Below, piece after piece: positions 35,630 to 39,287 of a stretch of 39,287 nt of DNA. The notes below the pieces were generated by a model. It saw nothing but the letters and a program-made list of their open reading frames with translations. It had not been told where the DNA came from and did not search any database. The stretch lies in assembly GCA_038128265.1 (NCBI GenBank), contig JAYPJE010000007.1, positions 73,121 through 112,407 of the forward strand, in the 5' to 3' direction. Source of the stretch: Gemmatimonadota bacterium (GTDB taxonomy: Bacteria; Latescibacterota; UBA2968; UBA8231). The position numbers and the translations under genes are program-made. Each line of letters starts with the position of its first letter. The first letter of the stretch is position 1.

Positions 35630-36656
35630 AGCGGCTCTCGTAGGCGGAGATAATCCGCATGCAGGCGGTTGGCTAGAGACGCTGCGTCACGCACCCTCTA
35701 TATCCGAAGTGGGCCTGTGCGGTGAGTGGGATGGGCAGGACGAAGAATTCGAAGTCTACCCCAATGTTGACGCATTGCTGTCTAGTGGCGCGTGGGGCAT
35801 GGCCCTGGTGTGCACGCACAATGCGCTGGCCCCAATGCTCGCACATCGGTTGCTCGAAGCGGGTGTACCAACGCTTGTAGAGAAGCCGGTAGCGCGCACG
35901 GCGCGCGAAATCGCCGAGCTAAATAGGTTAGCGGAGCGGGTTGGCGTTCCGTGGAGCACGTGTTTTCTCAATCGCTACCATCCTGCCGTGCGCACGATGA
36001 AGAATTGGGTGCAAGAAGGGGCGATTGGGCGACTGCTCTCCGTGGAAGGGCGCATGGTCACCAGCACGGTAGCGCAGCGCAACCCCAGCCACTGGCTTTT
36101 TAGCCACAAGGAGGCCGGTGGGGGGATACTACACTGGCTTGGTGTGCACACGGTCGATCTCGTGCGCTTTATCAGCGGGTGCGAATTTAATCGAGTGAGT
36201 GCGGAGACGGCTACACTCGTAGAGCACATTGACGTTGAGGAAGTGGCCAGCGCCGCTTTTCGCCTCGATGGGGGGGCCATCGGCCATATCCACGCAGCCT
36301 ATGCCCTGCCGCGGCGCTATGGGGATATCTCGATGGTGCTGCGCGGCAGTGACGGCGATATCAGCTGGCAGAGCTGGGACTATGCAGGGCGCCAGGAGCG
36401 GCTCGTCGTTCAGAGTCGGGTGGGCAAATGGGCGGACCAGCCCTACTGCGAGGAGGTTTGCAACCCGCCGGTCGGCCCTGGTTACGGAGGGCAAATGGGC
36501 ATCGACTTTGTCGGTGATTTCATTGCCGCAGCGCAGCGCAACGAACCCTTTGTCTGCAGTGGGATGGATGCGCTGCGCGCTATGCAGTTTATCGAAGGGG
36601 CTTATCAATCGGCCGAAAGCGGCCAGCGAGTGGAGCTAATCTGTGAAAATAACTGA
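35619..36656 (+). CDS. Gfo/Idh/MocA family oxidoreductase
   Basis: VEKP, GAIGRL, GGGILHWLGVHTVD, AYQSAESG. Confidence 0.85.
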   Translation: MPVRAALVGGDNPHAGGWLETLRHAPSISEVGLCGEWDGQDEEFEVYPNVDALLSSGAWGMALVCTHNALAPMLAHRLLEAGVPTLVEKPVARTAREIAELNRLAERVGVPWSTCFLNRYHPAVRTMKNWVQEGAIGRLLSVEGRMVTSTVAQRNPSHWLFSHKEAGGGILHWLGVHTVDLVRFISGCEFNRVSAETATLVEHIDVEEVASAAFRLDGGAIGHIHAAYALPRRYGDISMVLRGSDGDISWQSWDYAGRQERLVVQSRVGKWADQPYCEEVCNPPVGPGYGGQMGIDFVGDFIAAAQRNEPFVCSGMDALRAMQFIEGAYQSAESGQRVELICENN

Positions 36657-37884
36657 AATCGACGTGCGCCTTATTGACGCCAACTTTCGCAATTTAATTA
36701 TAACGCAAATTCATACCGATGCGGGGATAACCGGTATATCGGAAGTGGTGACCAAGCGCTTTGACGACGCCACGCTCAACGGCGTGCGCAACCTGACGGA
36801 AAATATCGGTCTGATTGGCAAAGACCCGCGCCAGCCCAATTTGCACCTAGAGCGCATGTACCGCGACAACCAGTGGACCATTGGTACCGTATCGGTCTCG
36901 GCGATAAGCGCCATTGAGATGGCGATGTGGGATATTAAAGGCAAAGAGGTTGGCAAGCCGGTGTACGAGCTCTTTGGAGGGCCTACTTTTACGGAGCGCG
37001 TACCGGTCTACTGCCATGTGCCGGGCGGTTCTTCTCCGCAGGAATTTGCCGATAATGTGGCCGCCGCACGGGCGCGGGGCTACCGCGTGTGCAAGACGAC
37101 GCTGCCGGTCTATTACGGACAGGTGCAAAAAGTGTCCAGCGATGGTTCGGAGTACAAAATTGGCGGCAACGCCTACTCGGGTACCAAGGGCAAAGTCGAC
37201 GGCTCGTATAACGAGCATCAGTGGCTTGACCAGCGCATACTAAAAGAAGTGGTTGCATTTTTTGCCGAAGCGCGCAAGGTGCACGGGGACGAGATGGAAA
37301 TATGGGTTGATTGCCATGCCCGTTTGAGTGGGGCGCACGCCGCCCGATTGGTATACGAGCTGCGCGGATTAGCCGATTTGATTGAAGAGCCATTGCCCCC
37401 CGAAGACATCGATGGACTCAAGGCGCTGAAAGAGGCATCCTATGCCTGTGGTGGTCCCAAGATTGCCGCCGGTGAGCGCACGGCGACTATTTACGACCGC
37501 AACATGCTGCGTATGGTAACGGAGCAAATGGTCGATATCTTTCAGCCAGATATCGGTAACTGTGGTGGGTTTACCTCATTCTACGAGTTGGCTACGGTGG
37601 CCACGATGCACAATGTCGCCATGGCTCCGCACAATCCAAACGGCCCGATCTCCGTTGCGCAGGGATTGCAGGCCATCGCCTCCGTGCGCAACGGACATAT
37701 CCTCGAGACGGTAGGCAATGAGGCGGAGGAGGCGCTGGCCGCCGAACTGCTGCTCAATCCCGAAGCAGTGCGCAGCCAAGATGGCTATATCGAATTGCCC
37801 AAAGGCCCCGGTATTGGCGTCGAGCTCAATCTGGAGGGTTTGGAGCGCCGGCCGTTTAAACGCTATTACCAGACGACGCGTTAG
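36643..37884 (+). CDS. Mandelate racemase/enolase superfamily acid-sugar dehydratase (galactonate dehydratase-like)
   Basis: SAIEMAMWDIKGK..PVYELFGG, VDCH, IEEP, AGER, FQPD, HNPNGP, PKGPGIG. Confidence 0.85.
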   Translation: MKITEIDVRLIDANFRNLIITQIHTDAGITGISEVVTKRFDDATLNGVRNLTENIGLIGKDPRQPNLHLERMYRDNQWTIGTVSVSAISAIEMAMWDIKGKEVGKPVYELFGGPTFTERVPVYCHVPGGSSPQEFADNVAAARARGYRVCKTTLPVYYGQVQKVSSDGSEYKIGGNAYSGTKGKVDGSYNEHQWLDQRILKEVVAFFAEARKVHGDEMEIWVDCHARLSGAHAARLVYELRGLADLIEEPLPPEDIDGLKALKEASYACGGPKIAAGERTATIYDRNMLRMVTEQMVDIFQPDIGNCGGFTSFYELATVATMHNVAMAPHNPNGPISVAQGLQAIASVRNGHILETVGNEAEEALAAELLLNPEAVRSQDGYIELPKGPGIGVELNLEGLERRPFKRYYQTTR

Positions 37885-37914
37885 GCGTCTGTCCCACCCC
37901 TAGGAGATAGCCTT

Positions 37915-39201
37915 ATGAAAGTCGTAGACGTTGAGCGCATCATCGTCGATGTCCCCTTTACCAAGCGCCAGCAAAAGATCGCCGCGCGCGAAGTGTATAA
38001 TTGGGCCGTACTCGAACTGTGCCGCGTAGAAACAGATAGCGGACACGTTGGCTGGGGCGAAACCGTCATACACTATACTTGGGCTCGTGTTACGGATGCG
38101 GCCGTCGAGCGGGTTATGGGCAAGAGCCCTGCTGCCCTTATGAACGACGACAGCCTGGGAGCTGGTTTACAAATGGCGCTGTTTGACGTGGTGGGCAAGG
38201 CATTAGAAGTGCCAGTCTACGAACTACTCGGCAGCAAAGTGCGCGATTGGGTGCCCATCTCCTGGTGGTCGATTGATGCATCGCCGCGCGATTGGGCGGC
38301 CGAGGCCAAAGATGCTGTAAAAAAGGGATATACCAGTTTTAAGACCAAGCCGCGTCCGTGGTGGGATATTGTTGCTCAGGTCGACGCCATTTCAAAGGTG
38401 GTGCCTCCTCACTTTAAGCTCGACCTGGACCCCAATGGCACTTGGCAGGATGCGGCTACGGCGATTCCCATCATAAAGAAGCTAGAGCAGTACGAGCGGA
38501 TCGCTATGTATGAGACGCCTATTCCACAGCACGACGTGCTCGGTAATAGGCAGATTCGCGCCGTCAGCAGTCGGCCTATCGCCATGCATTTTGGTTCGCC
38601 CCCCTACATCACGCACGTGCGCGAAGAGGTATGCGACGGCTACGTTATATGCGCAGGCAAAAGCCAGGTTATGCGTCAGGGGTTGCTCAGCGCCGAAGCG
38701 CAAATGCCATTTTGGTTGCAGTTGGTCGGCAACGGACTAACCACGACGTGGGCGGCTCATCTCGGGGCCGTGCTGACCAATGCAACTTGGCCGACGATTA
38801 CCTGTATCAATCTCTACAGCCACCAATTGCTAAAACGGGATATTGAGGTCGTCGGTGGCTATCACAAGGTGCCCGATGGACCGGGCCTCGGCGTCGAGGT
38901 AGACGAGCGCGCGGTCGCGCGCTACCGCGTTCCGGATGCGACCTTAAAACAGTTTGCCAAGAAGGGGGAGCGCTACGATCGGCCCGACCCACGTATTATC
39001 AACAGCGTGGTATATCCGGACGGATCGTGTGTGCATATGGGTCGGGCTAGCCAGGGGTATGGTTATTATGGCTCGGGCAACGGGCCGGCCTACGTTGAAG
39101 GGGTGCGCCTGGTCGCCCAGCCGGACGATGGGTCGAAAGCGTGGAAGAAGCTTTATGAGCGCGCTCTGCAGCACCCGGTGCGCGACCGCTGGCAGCCTTG
39201 A
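37915..39201 (+). CDS. Enolase superfamily protein (MLE/MR-like) with C-terminal extension
   Basis: MALFDVVGKALEVPVYELLG, FKTK, LDPN, ETP, PDGPGLGVEVD; AGGAG RBS. Confidence 0.85.
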   Translation: MKVVDVERIIVDVPFTKRQQKIAAREVYNWAVLELCRVETDSGHVGWGETVIHYTWARVTDAAVERVMGKSPAALMNDDSLGAGLQMALFDVVGKALEVPVYELLGSKVRDWVPISWWSIDASPRDWAAEAKDAVKKGYTSFKTKPRPWWDIVAQVDAISKVVPPHFKLDLDPNGTWQDAATAIPIIKKLEQYERIAMYETPIPQHDVLGNRQIRAVSSRPIAMHFGSPPYITHVREEVCDGYVICAGKSQVMRQGLLSAEAQMPFWLQLVGNGLTTTWAAHLGAVLTNATWPTITCINLYSHQLLKRDIEVVGGYHKVPDGPGLGVEVDERAVARYRVPDATLKQFAKKGERYDRPDPRIINSVVYPDGSCVHMGRASQGYGYYGSGNGPAYVEGVRLVAQPDDGSKAWKKLYERALQHPVRDRWQP

Positions 39202-39233
39202 TGTAAAACGCGCTAATAGGGGGGAGAAGAGAT

Positions 39234-39287
39234 ATGCAGTTGCTCGATTACGGCCGCTCTTTTGTGACCTTTGTTACGCCGGGACGC
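39234..39287 (+). CDS. Start of a hypothetical protein, truncated by the window edge (MQLLDYGRSFVTFVTPGR)
   Basis: GGGGAGA RBS before ATG 39234; frame is open to the window end. Confidence 0.5.
   Translation, partial: MQLLDYGRSFVTFVTPGR

Noticed and set aside
1..39287. CRISPR array, tRNA/rRNA, IS, prophage or defence systems
   Set aside because: No regularly spaced repeats, cloverleafs, or transposase, integrase or nuclease motifs were seen; nearly all sequence is explained by CDSs.

Overview
Gene-dense, GC-rich (about 55-60%) bacterial window with about 30 CDSs and no rRNA, tRNA, CRISPR array, transposase, integrase or recognisable transcription regulator. The content (many Gfo/Idh/MocA, enolase, PhyH and DUF6785-type genes) suggests an uncultured diderm heterotroph such as Latescibacterota or Poribacteria; this is inference only. 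(1) 1-13431, + strand: TPR protein, ExbB, two ExbD (one lacks the essential Asp), a lipoprotein, a degenerate two-parvulin foldase, an OPT-like membrane protein, a DUF6785-type membrane protein, and a 1538-aa fusion of a PA domain, a degenerate nicastrin-like M28 domain and a MacB/FtsX permease, with no ATPase. This is the best candidate for an undescribed envelope uptake or processing system. (2) 13428-20329: catabolic genes (Gfo/Idh/MocA, RraA/HMG aldolase, Zn-ADH, PhyH), a second DUF6785 paralog and a secreted CBM9-like protein. (3) 20508-29109: hybrid sugar ABC operon with a CsgG/FlgT-like lipoprotein and an MDR oxidoreductase. (4) 29113-39287: creatininase-family gene, a structured ~500-nt intergenic region, a third DUF6785 paralog, an MFS transporter, a TIM-barrel isomerase, two Gfo/Idh/MocA and two enolase-superfamily genes. 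Family names come from motif recognition by eye, not database searches.
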